This document shows positions 38,308-47,575 of a stretch of 63,154 nt of DNA, one piece after another (within the stretch, counting starts at the first letter, position 1; each line of letters starts with the position of its first letter). The notes under the pieces were generated by a model. It was not told where the DNA came from, searched no databases, and was given only the letters and a program-made list of their open reading frames with translations. The stretch is taken from NCBI GenBank assembly GCA_051869395.1, contig JBJEAV010000060.1, positions 1 through 63,154 on the forward strand, read 5' to 3'. This DNA is from Prevotella sp. GTDB lineage: Bacteria > Bacteroidota > Bacteroidia > Bacteroidales > Bacteroidaceae. The position numbers and the translations under genes were made by a program.

Positions 38308-39012
38308 ATGAGAAACGCACAGCCAGCGATAATCAGGGCATTCTTCGCAGCATTTGCCGAGGGAATACTCTCTGCCAATGCCGAAAGACAGGACGGAACC
38401 GTGGAAATGACACCACAGACGGTGAAGAAAATTATGCTCGAACACTATGAGGAGATATCCAAGAACTTCTTCGACATAATGTTCAATCCTCTCGCCATAC
38501 TGCATTACAACACGGCTGAGGAACTGATAGGGATATTGCGCTCGCCGGAAATTGCCCCTTCCATACAAAGACCCATGGACCTCATCAAGTACGCTTGCCG
38601 TACTGAAGAGGCCCATGAGGATATGGTGACGGAATACCGCCGCAATTTCGCGTCATTGCTCGCAGGCAAGATTCTGTCTATCAACGATTTCTATGAAGGA
38701 TTCCCCGAAGGGTATCTGCAGGACCACAGCGGACACAAGGAGCGCGAGGTAAGGGCGTTGACACAAGTGGTGGTCAAGGCATTCTTTGCGGGAAGAAAAG
38801 CCGCAAAGACAGAAGCCACTGCTGCCGGCTCCAACCAAGTGTATCTCTTCAGACTGTTGCTCGACTGTATGCAGACACTGCTACATTCCGCACCGGTGGT
38901 CATGGATGACGACATTGACCTAAATGCCGCATTTATGACCGTGTGCCGCAATGAGCAGAACTTGGGCACAATGCTGCAGACGATGCAGGCTGTGTCAATG
39001 GACTGCGTCTGA
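38308..39012 (+). CDS. Hypothetical protein
   Basis: 234-aa ORF with host-like codon usage and an A-rich initiation region; family not recognised. Confidence 0.65.
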   Translation: MRNAQPAIIRAFFAAFAEGILSANAERQDGTVEMTPQTVKKIMLEHYEEISKNFFDIMFNPLAILHYNTAEELIGILRSPEIAPSIQRPMDLIKYACRTEEAHEDMVTEYRRNFASLLAGKILSINDFYEGFPEGYLQDHSGHKEREVRALTQVVVKAFFAGRKAAKTEATAAGSNQVYLFRLLLDCMQTLLHSAPVVMDDDIDLNAAFMTVCRNEQNLGTMLQTMQAVSMDCV

Positions 39013-40329
39013 TGGTTGGGATTTAAGCGTCACCTTCACCTTCATGATGCGACGCTCGTCCATCTTCAATACCTGGAATGTATAGTTTGAATACTCTATT
39101 TTCTCATTTATTTTGGGGAATTCACCCTTTATCTCCAACAGCAGGCCTGCCAGCGTGTCAGCATCACCCTCGATGTCCTCAAACTCCTCACTATCGATGT
39201 CAAGAGTCTTGTAGAAATCACTGAGCAAGGTCTTGCCCTCGAAGATATAGGTATTGTTGTTGATTCTCACGAAGTTCTTCTCATCCTCGTCATACTCGTC
39301 GTTGATTTCGCCGACAATCTCCTCAAGTATATCCTCAAGGGTGACTATTCCGCTCGTGCCTCCAAACTCATCCACAACAACCGCTATATGCACCTTGTTG
39401 TTCTGGAACTCACGCAAGAGGTCGTCAATCTTCTTTGTCTCGGGAACAAAGTACGGCGGACGTATGAGCGACTGCCAGCGGAACGTGTTGGGCTTGCCAA
39501 GATGGGGCAGCAAGTCCTTGATATACAGGATGCCACGGATATTGTCGATGCTGTCCTGATAAACCGGAATACGCGAATAGTTGTTTTCGACAATACACTT
39601 GAGCACTTCGGAGAAAGGCGACTGCATATCGAGTACGGTCACATCCTGACGACTCGTCATCACCTCCTTGGCTGTCTCGTCGCCGAAGCGGACGATACTC
39701 TCAAGGATATTCTTTTCCTCCTTAATCTCTTCCTTGTCAGTAAGCTCCAATGCCTGCTCCAAGTCATCCACACTCAGGATGTGGCTCTCCCTCTGCACCA
39801 CCTTCTCTGCCAAAATACCCGAATGGATAAGAATAGAGGCAAAAGGATAGAATACCTTGCGGCAGAGGTAAAGCGGCCCCACCACCCTACGGCAGAAATC
39901 CACCGGCTTGTGGGCGGAATACACCTTGGGCATAATCTCGCCGAAAAGAAGAAGAAGGAATGTGAGCAATACCGTCAGACATATAAACTGCAACCAATAA
40001 GCCCGTCCGAAATCAACGACATGGGCAAAGAAATAGTTGCAGAGCATAATGATGGTAACGTTCACCAGATTGTTGGTGATGAGAATAGTGGCAAGCGTGC
40101 GCTCCGAATCCTCACGGAGGCTAATCACCTTACGGTCGGCATCGGTCTTACCCTCCTCCAACTCACTCACATCATTAGGTGTGAGCGAAAAAATGGCGAT
40201 CTCGGATCCGGATGCAAATCCCGACACAATAAGTAATAACACAGCAAGAACAGCTGAGACAATTGCCCCGGCTGTAGGCACCAAGAATTGCACTTGGTCA
40301 AATGAACTGAATAAATCTAACGGTATCAA
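38995..40329 (-). CDS. gldE: GldE-like CNNM/CBS/CorC-domain membrane protein
   Basis: SGFASGSE, FGEIMPK, YSRIPVY, VVDEFGGTSGIVTLEDILEEIVGEI; adjacent to ssb; TTG start. Confidence 0.88.
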   Translation of the reverse strand: MIPLDLFSSFDQVQFLVPTAGAIVSAVLAVLLLIVSGFASGSEIAIFSLTPNDVSELEEGKTDADRKVISLREDSERTLATILITNNLVNVTIIMLCNYFFAHVVDFGRAYWLQFICLTVLLTFLLLLFGEIMPKVYSAHKPVDFCRRVVGPLYLCRKVFYPFASILIHSGILAEKVVQRESHILSVDDLEQALELTDKEEIKEEKNILESIVRFGDETAKEVMTSRQDVTVLDMQSPFSEVLKCIVENNYSRIPVYQDSIDNIRGILYIKDLLPHLGKPNTFRWQSLIRPPYFVPETKKIDDLLREFQNNKVHIAVVVDEFGGTSGIVTLEDILEEIVGEINDEYDEDEKNFVRINNNTYIFEGKTLLSDFYKTLDIDSEEFEDIEGDADTLAGLLLEIKGEFPKINEKIEYSNYTFQVLKMDERRIMKVKVTLKSQPSDAVH

Positions 40330-40333
40330 AACA

Positions 40334-40666
40334 TTATTCTTTAGATGACAACATCTCCATATTTTCCGCCCATATTTCCGTTGTCGTTCGTCTTACACCC
40401 TCCTTGTCGTTATATGCGGAATAGCGAAGCCGGCCCTCAACGTAGAGACGGTCGCCCTTGTGGACATACTGCTCTACGGTCTTGGCCAGCTTTCTCCATA
40501 ATATGACGGTGTGCCAATCGGTGCGTTGCGGCACCTGGGTGCCGTTCTGCAACGTGTATCCCCTCTCGGATGTTGCAAGCGAGACACGAGCTACGGGGGT
40601 GTCAGCATCCACATACTTCACCTCAGGCTCACTACCCACATATCCTATCAGCATCACCTTGTTCAT
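40334..40666 (-). CDS. ssb: Single-stranded DNA-binding protein (OB fold only)
   Basis: MNKVMLIG, SLATSE, TDWH, KGDRLYVEGRL. Confidence 0.93.
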   Translation of the reverse strand: MNKVMLIGYVGSEPEVKYVDADTPVARVSLATSERGYTLQNGTQVPQRTDWHTVILWRKLAKTVEQYVHKGDRLYVEGRLRYSAYNDKEGVRRTTTEIWAENMEMLSSKE

Positions 40667-40683
40667 ATTATCAAAAAGTCAAT

Positions 40684-41223
40684 TTAGAATGCTCCGAGGT
40701 ATTCGAACTGGAAATTCTTGCCTTTGGGTGACGGGAACTGACTACGCGGGTCAACCCTCTCGCGAAGATTGTCAATAATGCGGTTGTAGCAATCCATACC
40801 AGAGTCAGCCTTGCAACGGGCAACAAAGCGGGTGTCGCGATATTCAAACTTGCCGGTGCCCGGAACAAGCAGCACACGCTTGAAATCAACAATACCCTCA
40901 TACCAACCGGGACGCTGCTCATTGAGCTTCACCAATGCCGGGGCAACCAACGGTTTCTCAGCACGGTCAGCGGCAGTACGCACGGCCTTCTTGTTCTTGA
41001 AGTCCTCCATAGTGGCGGCTTCAGTCTTGATTACAATGAAATAAACACGCGGACGAATCTTATAACGCTTGGGATAATAAATATCGCTGTTGGCATATTG
41101 ACGCACGTCTGCCTCAAGATTGGCATCCATACCTATTTCCTCTATGCTTGAAAGAAATTCAATTGCTTCATCAACAGTGTGAACCAATATTTCACTATCA
41201 AAATATCTCAGATATAAATTCAT
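40684..41223 (-). CDS. Conserved hypothetical protein
   Basis: 179-aa ORF with clean codon usage, upstream of ssb in the same orientation. Confidence 0.75.
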   Translation of the reverse strand: MNLYLRYFDSEILVHTVDEAIEFLSSIEEIGMDANLEADVRQYANSDIYYPKRYKIRPRVYFIVIKTEAATMEDFKNKKAVRTAADRAEKPLVAPALVKLNEQRPGWYEGIVDFKRVLLVPGTGKFEYRDTRFVARCKADSGMDCYNRIIDNLRERVDPRSQFPSPKGKNFQFEYLGAF

Positions 41224-41268
41224 AAATAATAAAATGTTTCTTGTTTTTCAATAATACAGAAAAAAAAG

Positions 41269-41341
41269 AGCGGAAAACGGGACTCGGACCCGCGACCCCA
41301 ACCTTGGCAAGGTTGTGCTCTACCAACTGAGCTATTTCCGC
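41269..41341 (-). tRNA. tRNA-Gly(GCC)
   Basis: GCGGAAATAGCTCAGTTGGTAGAGC..CTTGCCAAG..GGGTCCGAGTCCC..TTCCGCT cloverleaf. Confidence 0.95.
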
Positions 41342-41349
41342 AAAAAATG

Positions 41350-41433
41350 TGAAGAGGAGGAGACTCGAACTCCCACGTCGCAATTGACACTACCCCCTCA
41401 AAGTAGCGCGTCTACCAATTCCGCCACCTCTCC
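41350..41433 (-). tRNA. tRNA-Leu(GAG)
   Basis: GGAGAGGTGGCGGAATTGGTAGACGCG, anticodon loop TTGAGGG, long variable arm, GTTCGAGTC. Confidence 0.95.
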
Positions 41434-41462
41434 AACATAAATACAACTGGAATAAAAAAGAG

Positions 41463-41544
41463 TGCCCAGAACAGGACTCGAACCTGCACGCCTCGCGGCA
41501 CACGCACCTGAAACGTGCGCGTCTACCAATTCCGCCACCTGGGC
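41463..41544 (-). tRNA. tRNA-Leu(CAG)
   Basis: GCCCAGGTGGCGGAATTGG, anticodon loop TTCAGGT, variable arm, GGTTCGAGTCC. Confidence 0.95.
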
Positions 41545-41596
41545 TCTTAGAAGAAGATTAGACCCTCGCCTAAACTCTTTTTTGTTCATTAAATTG

Positions 41597-41669
41597 AGCG
41601 GAAAACGGGACTCGGACCCGCGACCCCAACCTTGGCAAGGTTGTGCTCTACCAACTGAGCTATTTCCGC
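41597..41669 (-). tRNA. tRNA-Gly(GCC), second identical copy
   Basis: Identical to 41269-41341; promoter TACCTTTG on the minus strand at 41712-41719. Confidence 0.95.
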
Positions 41670-41772
41670 TTGCATTTCCTTTATCAGGAGCATCTCTCTC
41701 GATTGCGGTTGCAAAGGTACTGCTTTTTTTCTAATCTCCAAACTATTTTCGAGGTTTTTTTGCAAAAATGTG

Positions 41773-42942
41773 TTAATTCATGCGATTTTTATAGTCTGAG
41801 TACCCAAAAACACGCATTTTTTGCAGTTTTCCATCACTTTTCAGCATAGAAATTGCGGGATGAGTGATACCATTAAACATATTTGTCTTAACCGTCGTGT
41901 AGTGAATCATATCCTCAAAAATCAGTTTTTCCCCGATTTTCAAAGGATGGTCAAAGCGCCAGGAACCCATAAAATCTCCCGAAAGGCAACTGTTGCCTCC
42001 CAAACGGTAAGTATTTTTTTCCGTTGCACAATCCATTTCCACTGATTCGGCCCCCCTGACTTCCGGTTGGTATGGCATCTCAAGACAGTCGGGCATGTGG
42101 CATGTGAAACTGACATCAAGGATTGCCGTCTTGATATTCTTGTCTTCCACGATATCCACCACCTGTGCCACGAGAGCACCGGTCTGCCATGCAAAGGCAC
42201 TTCCCGGTTCGAGTATCACCTTGAGCCATGGATAACGGGCATGGAAATCATTCATCATGCTGACAAGCAAGTCAACGTCGTAGTCCTTGCGGGTCATAAG
42301 ATGACCGCCGCCAAAGTTTATCCATTTGAGCTGCGGAAACCATTTCGAGAATTTCTCTTCAATATGAACAAGTGTTCTCTGGAACACGTCAGCACCGCTT
42401 TCGCAGTGGCAGTGGCAATGAAATCCCTCAATATCGGAAGGAAGCGTCGGTGGAAGCTTGTCCGCAGAAACGCCAAATCGCGTCCCGGGCGCGCACGGGT
42501 TATATAATAAGGTGGAAATCTCGGAATATTCGGGATTAACTCTCAATCCGAAGGACAAATCCGGATTGGCACGCCTTGCCCGCATCGCCATATTGGAATA
42601 CTGAGAAAGAGAATTAAACGTCAGGTGGCTTGAACACCTGGCTATCTCGTCAATCTCGTCAAAGGTGTATGCCGGTGAGAAGGTATGGGCGGGCGCGCCG
42701 AATTCCTCATACGCCAACCTTGCCTCGGAAAGCGAACTGGCTGTAGTGGCATTGATGTACTCCCTGATGATAGGGAAAGTCTTCCAAAGGGCGAAAGCCT
42801 TGAATGCCATTATCACTTCTATGTCCGCCCTCTGTGCCACATCCCGGATTAGCGAGAGGTTGGCACGAAGGAGATTTTCTTCAATAATATAAACAGGTGT
42901 CTGGACATCTGCCAGAACACTCTCGTTGATGCTTGATGTCAT
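41773..42942 (-). CDS. nspC: Carboxynorspermidine decarboxylase
   Basis: AFKAF PLP Lys, GLRVNPEYS, YNPCAPGTRFG, NFGGGH, EPG, CHMPDCLEMPY, CLSGD, HYTTVKT.MFNG. Confidence 0.95.
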   Translation of the reverse strand: MTSSINESVLADVQTPVYIIEENLLRANLSLIRDVAQRADIEVIMAFKAFALWKTFPIIREYINATTASSLSEARLAYEEFGAPAHTFSPAYTFDEIDEIARCSSHLTFNSLSQYSNMAMRARRANPDLSFGLRVNPEYSEISTLLYNPCAPGTRFGVSADKLPPTLPSDIEGFHCHCHCESGADVFQRTLVHIEEKFSKWFPQLKWINFGGGHLMTRKDYDVDLLVSMMNDFHARYPWLKVILEPGSAFAWQTGALVAQVVDIVEDKNIKTAILDVSFTCHMPDCLEMPYQPEVRGAESVEMDCATEKNTYRLGGNSCLSGDFMGSWRFDHPLKIGEKLIFEDMIHYTTVKTNMFNGITHPAISMLKSDGKLQKMRVFGYSDYKNRMN

Positions 42943-43099
42943 AATGTAAATACTCAATTTAATACCTAATTTGGGTGCAAAGATAACAAAAAAGGTCGAA
43001 TTAAGTCAATTTTTAGCTAATAAAGACTAACTTTTATGCAAATAGATTGCTTTTTTCAATAAAAAGTGGTACATTTGCACGTGATTAGAGAGAAATGAC

Positions 43100-43705
43100 A
43101 TGAAAATCGTATTAATGACTAAGTCCACGTTCTTCGTGGAGGAAGACAAAATACTTACAGCCCTTTTCGACGAAGGACTGGACAATCTGCACCTGAACAA
43201 GCCGGGGGCTGCACCAGTTTATACTGAGCGACTCCTGACCTTGTTGCCTGATGATATCTACAGCAAGACCACTGTTCACGAGCATTTCTACCTGAAAGAG
43301 GAATACGGTCTGAGGGGTATTCATCTCGATGACGCCTCATCCCCGTTGCCTGATGGCTACAAGGGCAAATATTCGCGCACATGCCTCAACATTGACGACA
43401 TACGTGAGGTCCGCAGGAAATCAGAGTACGTGTTCCTGAAGGATACGTTTGCCACGAGTGATGATGCCCATGCCAATGAATTGCACAACGCACGCCTTGA
43501 AAGGGCTGCCGACTTGGGGCTGATAGACAAAAAGGTGTATGCTTTCGGCGGTGTCAACATCGACAATATACGCATGGCCAAGGACCTTGGCTTTGGGGGT
43601 ATAGTCATTTGCAGCGATATCTGGAACAGGTTTGACATACACCACCAGCTCGACTACAAGGAACTGATCATCCACTTTGAGCGAATCAGGAAAGCGGCAG
43701 GGTGA
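43100..43705 (+). CDS. Thiamine-phosphate-synthase-like (ThiE/TenI family) protein
   Basis: LFDEGL..LHL.KP, GIHL, VYAFGGV, LGFGG; divergent. Confidence 0.7.
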   Translation: MKIVLMTKSTFFVEEDKILTALFDEGLDNLHLNKPGAAPVYTERLLTLLPDDIYSKTTVHEHFYLKEEYGLRGIHLDDASSPLPDGYKGKYSRTCLNIDDIREVRRKSEYVFLKDTFATSDDAHANELHNARLERAADLGLIDKKVYAFGGVNIDNIRMAKDLGFGGIVICSDIWNRFDIHHQLDYKELIIHFERIRKAAG

Positions 43706-43712
43706 TTTTATA

Positions 43713-43744
43713 AATGAAGAATGAAGAGTGAAGAATTAAGAATT
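43713..43744 (+). repeat. Heptamer tandem repeat AATGAAG-like x4.5
   Basis: aatgaag aatgaag agtgaag aattaag aatt. Confidence 0.8.
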
Positions 43745-43779
43745 TGAAATAACAATATAACAACTTGCATTACAACAAA

Positions 43780-44718
43780 ATGAGTGAAAAAGACTCTTAT
43801 ATGGTTTTCTCGGGTACTAACACGAGATACCTGGCAGAGAAAATCTGCCAAAGCTTAGGCTGTGACCTTGGTCAGTTGGTTATCACCAAGTTTTCCGACG
43901 GTGAATTTGCAGTTTCATACGAGGAATCTATTCGCGGTCGCGACATATTCCTTGTACAAAGCACATTCCCCAACTCTGACAACCTCATGGAGCTGCTACT
44001 TATGATTGATGCGGCTAAGAGAGCCTCGGCAAGAACCATCAACGCAGTGATCCCCTATTTCGGATGGGCACGTCAGGACCGTAAGGACAAGCCAAGAGTG
44101 AGCATCGGTGCCAAACTGGTTGCAGACCTTCTCAGTGTGGCAGGTATTGACCGTCTGATAACCATGGACCTTCACGCCGACCAGATTCAGGGTTTCTTTG
44201 ATGTTCCCGTTGACCATCTCTATGCCTCTGGAGTAATCCTTCCATATTTGCAGAGCCTCCAGTTGGACAACCTCGTTATCGCCTCACCGGATGTTGGCGG
44301 TTCAAAGCGCGCAAATACTTACGCCAAGTATCTCGGATGCCCGCTTGTGCTTTGCAACAAGACCCGCGCACGCGCCAATGTTGTGGCAAGCATGCAGATT
44401 ATCGGTGACGTAAAGGACAAGAACGTGGTAATCATAGACGATATGGTGGATACCGCAGGCACTATCACCAAGGCTGCCGACATCATGAAGGAAGCTGGGG
44501 CAAAAACAGTACGTGCCTGTGCCTCACACTGCGTGATGAGCGGTCCGGCAAGCGAACGTGTGCAGAACTCATCGCTTGAGGAGATTGTCTTTACAGATTC
44601 CATCCCCTACTCCAACCGCTGCGCCAAGGTAAAACAGCTTTCCGTTGCCGATATGTTTGCAGAAACCATCAGGCGTGTCATCAACAACGAGAGCATCAGC
44701 AGCCAATACCTCGTATAA
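43780..44718 (+). CDS. prs: Ribose-phosphate pyrophosphokinase
   Basis: FSDGE, PYFGWARQDRK, DLHADQIQGFF, SPDVGG, IIDDMVDTAGT. Confidence 0.97.
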   Translation: MSEKDSYMVFSGTNTRYLAEKICQSLGCDLGQLVITKFSDGEFAVSYEESIRGRDIFLVQSTFPNSDNLMELLLMIDAAKRASARTINAVIPYFGWARQDRKDKPRVSIGAKLVADLLSVAGIDRLITMDLHADQIQGFFDVPVDHLYASGVILPYLQSLQLDNLVIASPDVGGSKRANTYAKYLGCPLVLCNKTRARANVVASMQIIGDVKDKNVVIIDDMVDTAGTITKAADIMKEAGAKTVRACASHCVMSGPASERVQNSSLEEIVFTDSIPYSNRCAKVKQLSVADMFAETIRRVINNESISSQYLV

Positions 44719-44727
44719 TATATAATA

Positions 44728-45828
44728 ATGAGAAAAACGACATTTACAGGACTGGCAGCTGCGTGCATGATGCTCGCGGCTTGCCAGTCTGATGCATATA
44801 AGATTAGGGGTGAATGTGATGTTTTAGGAAATGGAGACACCATTTTCGTCACTAATGACTTCTCCACTGGCAAGCCTTTCGCCCACGGCATCGTGAACGA
44901 CGGCAAGTTCACGGTGGAGGGGAACATCGACACTCCCACCCTATGTATAGCTTACAGCAAGACGGGAAATGTCAACACGACTTTCTTTGTGGAACCGGGA
45001 ACCGTGAAGCTCAGTCTTGGTGATATGCCTTCGAAGACCAAGGTGGGAGGTACTCCCATGAACGAGAAGTGGCAGACTATCATGGACAGTACGCTTGTCA
45101 TAGGTTTGGAAATGAACCGCATCGGCGAACAGCTATACCAGTCGCCACAAGACCTCTCGCCCGAGGAAAAGAGCGCAACCATTGCAAGAATGGAGATACT
45201 GCAGGCCAAGTTCGCATCGTTTATCAAGCGATATGCAGAGAAGAACATCACCAACCACTTTGGAATGTTCATGATACTGTACTTCCAGGATGTTATGCAA
45301 CCCGAGGAGATTCTCTCGCTTGTGAGCCGTATGCCCTCCGAGCTCCAAAAGAACAAGGAAATACAATCACTCACCGCGGAACTGAAGCGCAAGACAGCCG
45401 TGGGCGTAGGAGGCACACTGCCTGAGTTCACCATGAACGACATCAACGGTCACAAGGTGAACCTGCGCGAAGAGATTGCCAAGAGCAAACTCACCCTTAT
45501 TGACTTTTGGGCAAGCTGGTGCGGACCATGCCGTGCCGAGATGCCTAATGTGGTGGCACTATACAACAAGTGCAAGCCTCTGGGATTCAATGTCATCGGC
45601 ATATCACTGGACGAAGACAAGGACAAATGGGAAGCTGCCGTGAAGAGTCTCGGAATGAAATGGATGCAACTGTCAGACCTTCAGGGATGGCACAACTCCA
45701 TCGCCGTGGCAATGGGGGTAAACTCGATTCCCCACACCGTAGTGGTGGACAGCCAGGGCAAGATACTCGCGGTAGGGCTGCGTGGAGAAAAACTTGAGGA
45801 ATTCATTGGCAACACCCTCAATAAGTAA
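44728..45828 (+). CDS. TlpA/ResA-family thiol-disulfide oxidoreductase lipoprotein (DUF4369 N-terminus)
   Basis: Lipobox LAAC; DFWASWCGPC; IP cis-Pro motif. Confidence 0.9.
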   Translation: MRKTTFTGLAAACMMLAACQSDAYKIRGECDVLGNGDTIFVTNDFSTGKPFAHGIVNDGKFTVEGNIDTPTLCIAYSKTGNVNTTFFVEPGTVKLSLGDMPSKTKVGGTPMNEKWQTIMDSTLVIGLEMNRIGEQLYQSPQDLSPEEKSATIARMEILQAKFASFIKRYAEKNITNHFGMFMILYFQDVMQPEEILSLVSRMPSELQKNKEIQSLTAELKRKTAVGVGGTLPEFTMNDINGHKVNLREEIAKSKLTLIDFWASWCGPCRAEMPNVVALYNKCKPLGFNVIGISLDEDKDKWEAAVKSLGMKWMQLSDLQGWHNSIAVAMGVNSIPHTVVVDSQGKILAVGLRGEKLEEFIGNTLNK

Positions 45829-45847
45829 TACTTCAAAAACCATTAAT

Positions 45848-47575
45848 ATGAGAAAGACTGCAATGGTCCTCATTGCGGGACTATGTTCAATAAGCGTTAT
45901 GGCAGAGACGAAAACTGTTAATCTGAAAATTATAGAGACAAGCGACGTGCATGGCTGTTTCTTTCCTTACGACTACATAGAGGACTCACCAATGGAGGGT
46001 TCGCTCGCAAGGGTGAGCACCTACATCAAGAAACTGCGCAAGGAATACGGCAAGAATGTCATACTGCTCGAAAACGGTGACATACTGCAAGGACAGCCCA
46101 CTTGCTACTATACCAATTTTGTCAAACCCGAACTGCCTAACGCCGCCGCGGAAATAGTAAACTGGATGGGATATGACGCCCAGGCATTGGGCAACCACGA
46201 TGTGGAGACTGGGCACGCTGTCTATGACAAGTGGATAGACGAACTGCACTGCCCCACTCTTGGAGCTAATGTCATCGACACATCAACGGGCAAACCATAC
46301 CTGAAGCCTTACACCATCATAGAGCGTGAGGGTGTGAAGATAGCAGTCATCGGCATGATAACTCCCGCCATACCAAACTGGCTGCACGAAAAACTGTGGA
46401 GCGGACTTTATTTCGAGGATATGGTAAAGGCTGCCGCAAAATGGGTGGATGTTGTACGCAACGTCGAGAAAGCGGACTTGATTATTGGCCTGTTCCACAG
46501 TGGATGGAACGGTGGCATAAGTACCCTTCACTATAATGAGGATGAGACGGAATACATCGCACGCAACATTCCGGGCTTTGACATCATCTTCTTCGGTCAC
46601 GACCATGCCCCACGCTGCACTGTTGTCAAGAACTGCGAGGATAAGGACGTTTTCTGTCTCGACCCATCATGCAATGCCATATTCGTGGCAGATACAGATG
46701 TAAAACTGACTGTCAAAAACAACAAGGTTGTCAAAAAGGATATCACAGGAAAGCTCACCAATGTGGCAAAAACGCCTGTGGATGAGGAGTTCATAAATAA
46801 ATTCAAACATATCTCCGACAGCGTTAAGTCATTCACCAACAGGCGCATAGGATATATCACCGAGAGCATACACACCAGCGACTCCTTCTTCGGAAGCTCC
46901 ACTTTCGGAGACCTTATTCACAGTCTGCAACTCTCCATAACCGGAGCGGACATATCATTCAACGCCCCACTTACATTTGATGCCATCGTACATAAGGGCG
47001 ACATACACATGAACGACATGTTTAAACTTTACCGTTATGAAAACGACATCTACGTGATGAAACTTACGGGAAAGGAAGTGCGCAAGCACCTTGAGATGAG
47101 CTACGACCAATGGGTGAACACGATGAAGTCTCCCGACGACCATATAATGCTGCTCGATTCAAATGCCGTACACGACAAGCAGCGCAATATGTTCAAGAAC
47201 CTCACATTCAACTTCGACAGTGCCGCCGGCATTGACTACGTTGTGGATGTCACAAAGCCCGACGGCGAGAAGGTTAAGATACTGCGAATGTCCAACGGTG
47301 ATGAGTTTGACGAGTCAAAATGGTACAAGGTGGTACTCAACAGTTATCGTGGCAACGGAGGCGGTGAACTGCTCACACGCGGTGCAGGCATACCGAAGGA
47401 CTCACTCGAAAGCAGAATCATATACCGCAGCGAGCGTGACCAGCGATATTATCTCACCCAAGAGATTGAACGTCAGGGCACTATCGTTCCGCACAAACTT
47501 GACAACTGGCGCTTTGTTCCCGAGGAATGGGCGGAGCCAGCCATACGTCGTGACCGCAAACTACTATTTGAATAA
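45848..47575 (+). CDS. Bifunctional 2',3'-cyclic-nucleotide phosphodiesterase / 5'-nucleotidase family protein
   Basis: Signal peptide; TSDVHG, NGDILQG, GNHD, FHSG, GHDH, NSYRGNGGG. Confidence 0.9.
   Translation: MRKTAMVLIAGLCSISVMAETKTVNLKIIETSDVHGCFFPYDYIEDSPMEGSLARVSTYIKKLRKEYGKNVILLENGDILQGQPTCYYTNFVKPELPNAAAEIVNWMGYDAQALGNHDVETGHAVYDKWIDELHCPTLGANVIDTSTGKPYLKPYTIIEREGVKIAVIGMITPAIPNWLHEKLWSGLYFEDMVKAAAKWVDVVRNVEKADLIIGLFHSGWNGGISTLHYNEDETEYIARNIPGFDIIFFGHDHAPRCTVVKNCEDKDVFCLDPSCNAIFVADTDVKLTVKNNKVVKKDITGKLTNVAKTPVDEEFINKFKHISDSVKSFTNRRIGYITESIHTSDSFFGSSTFGDLIHSLQLSITGADISFNAPLTFDAIVHKGDIHMNDMFKLYRYENDIYVMKLTGKEVRKHLEMSYDQWVNTMKSPDDHIMLLDSNAVHDKQRNMFKNLTFNFDSAAGIDYVVDVTKPDGEKVKILRMSNGDEFDESKWYKVVLNSYRGNGGGELLTRGAGIPKDSLESRIIYRSERDQRYYLTQEIERQGTIVPHKLDNWRFVPEEWAEPAIRRDRKLLFE

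Noticed and set aside
38995-40329. Evidence for gliding motility from gldE
   Set aside because: GldE is a CNNM/CBS-domain protein also found in non-gliding Bacteroidales, and no other gld genes are present here
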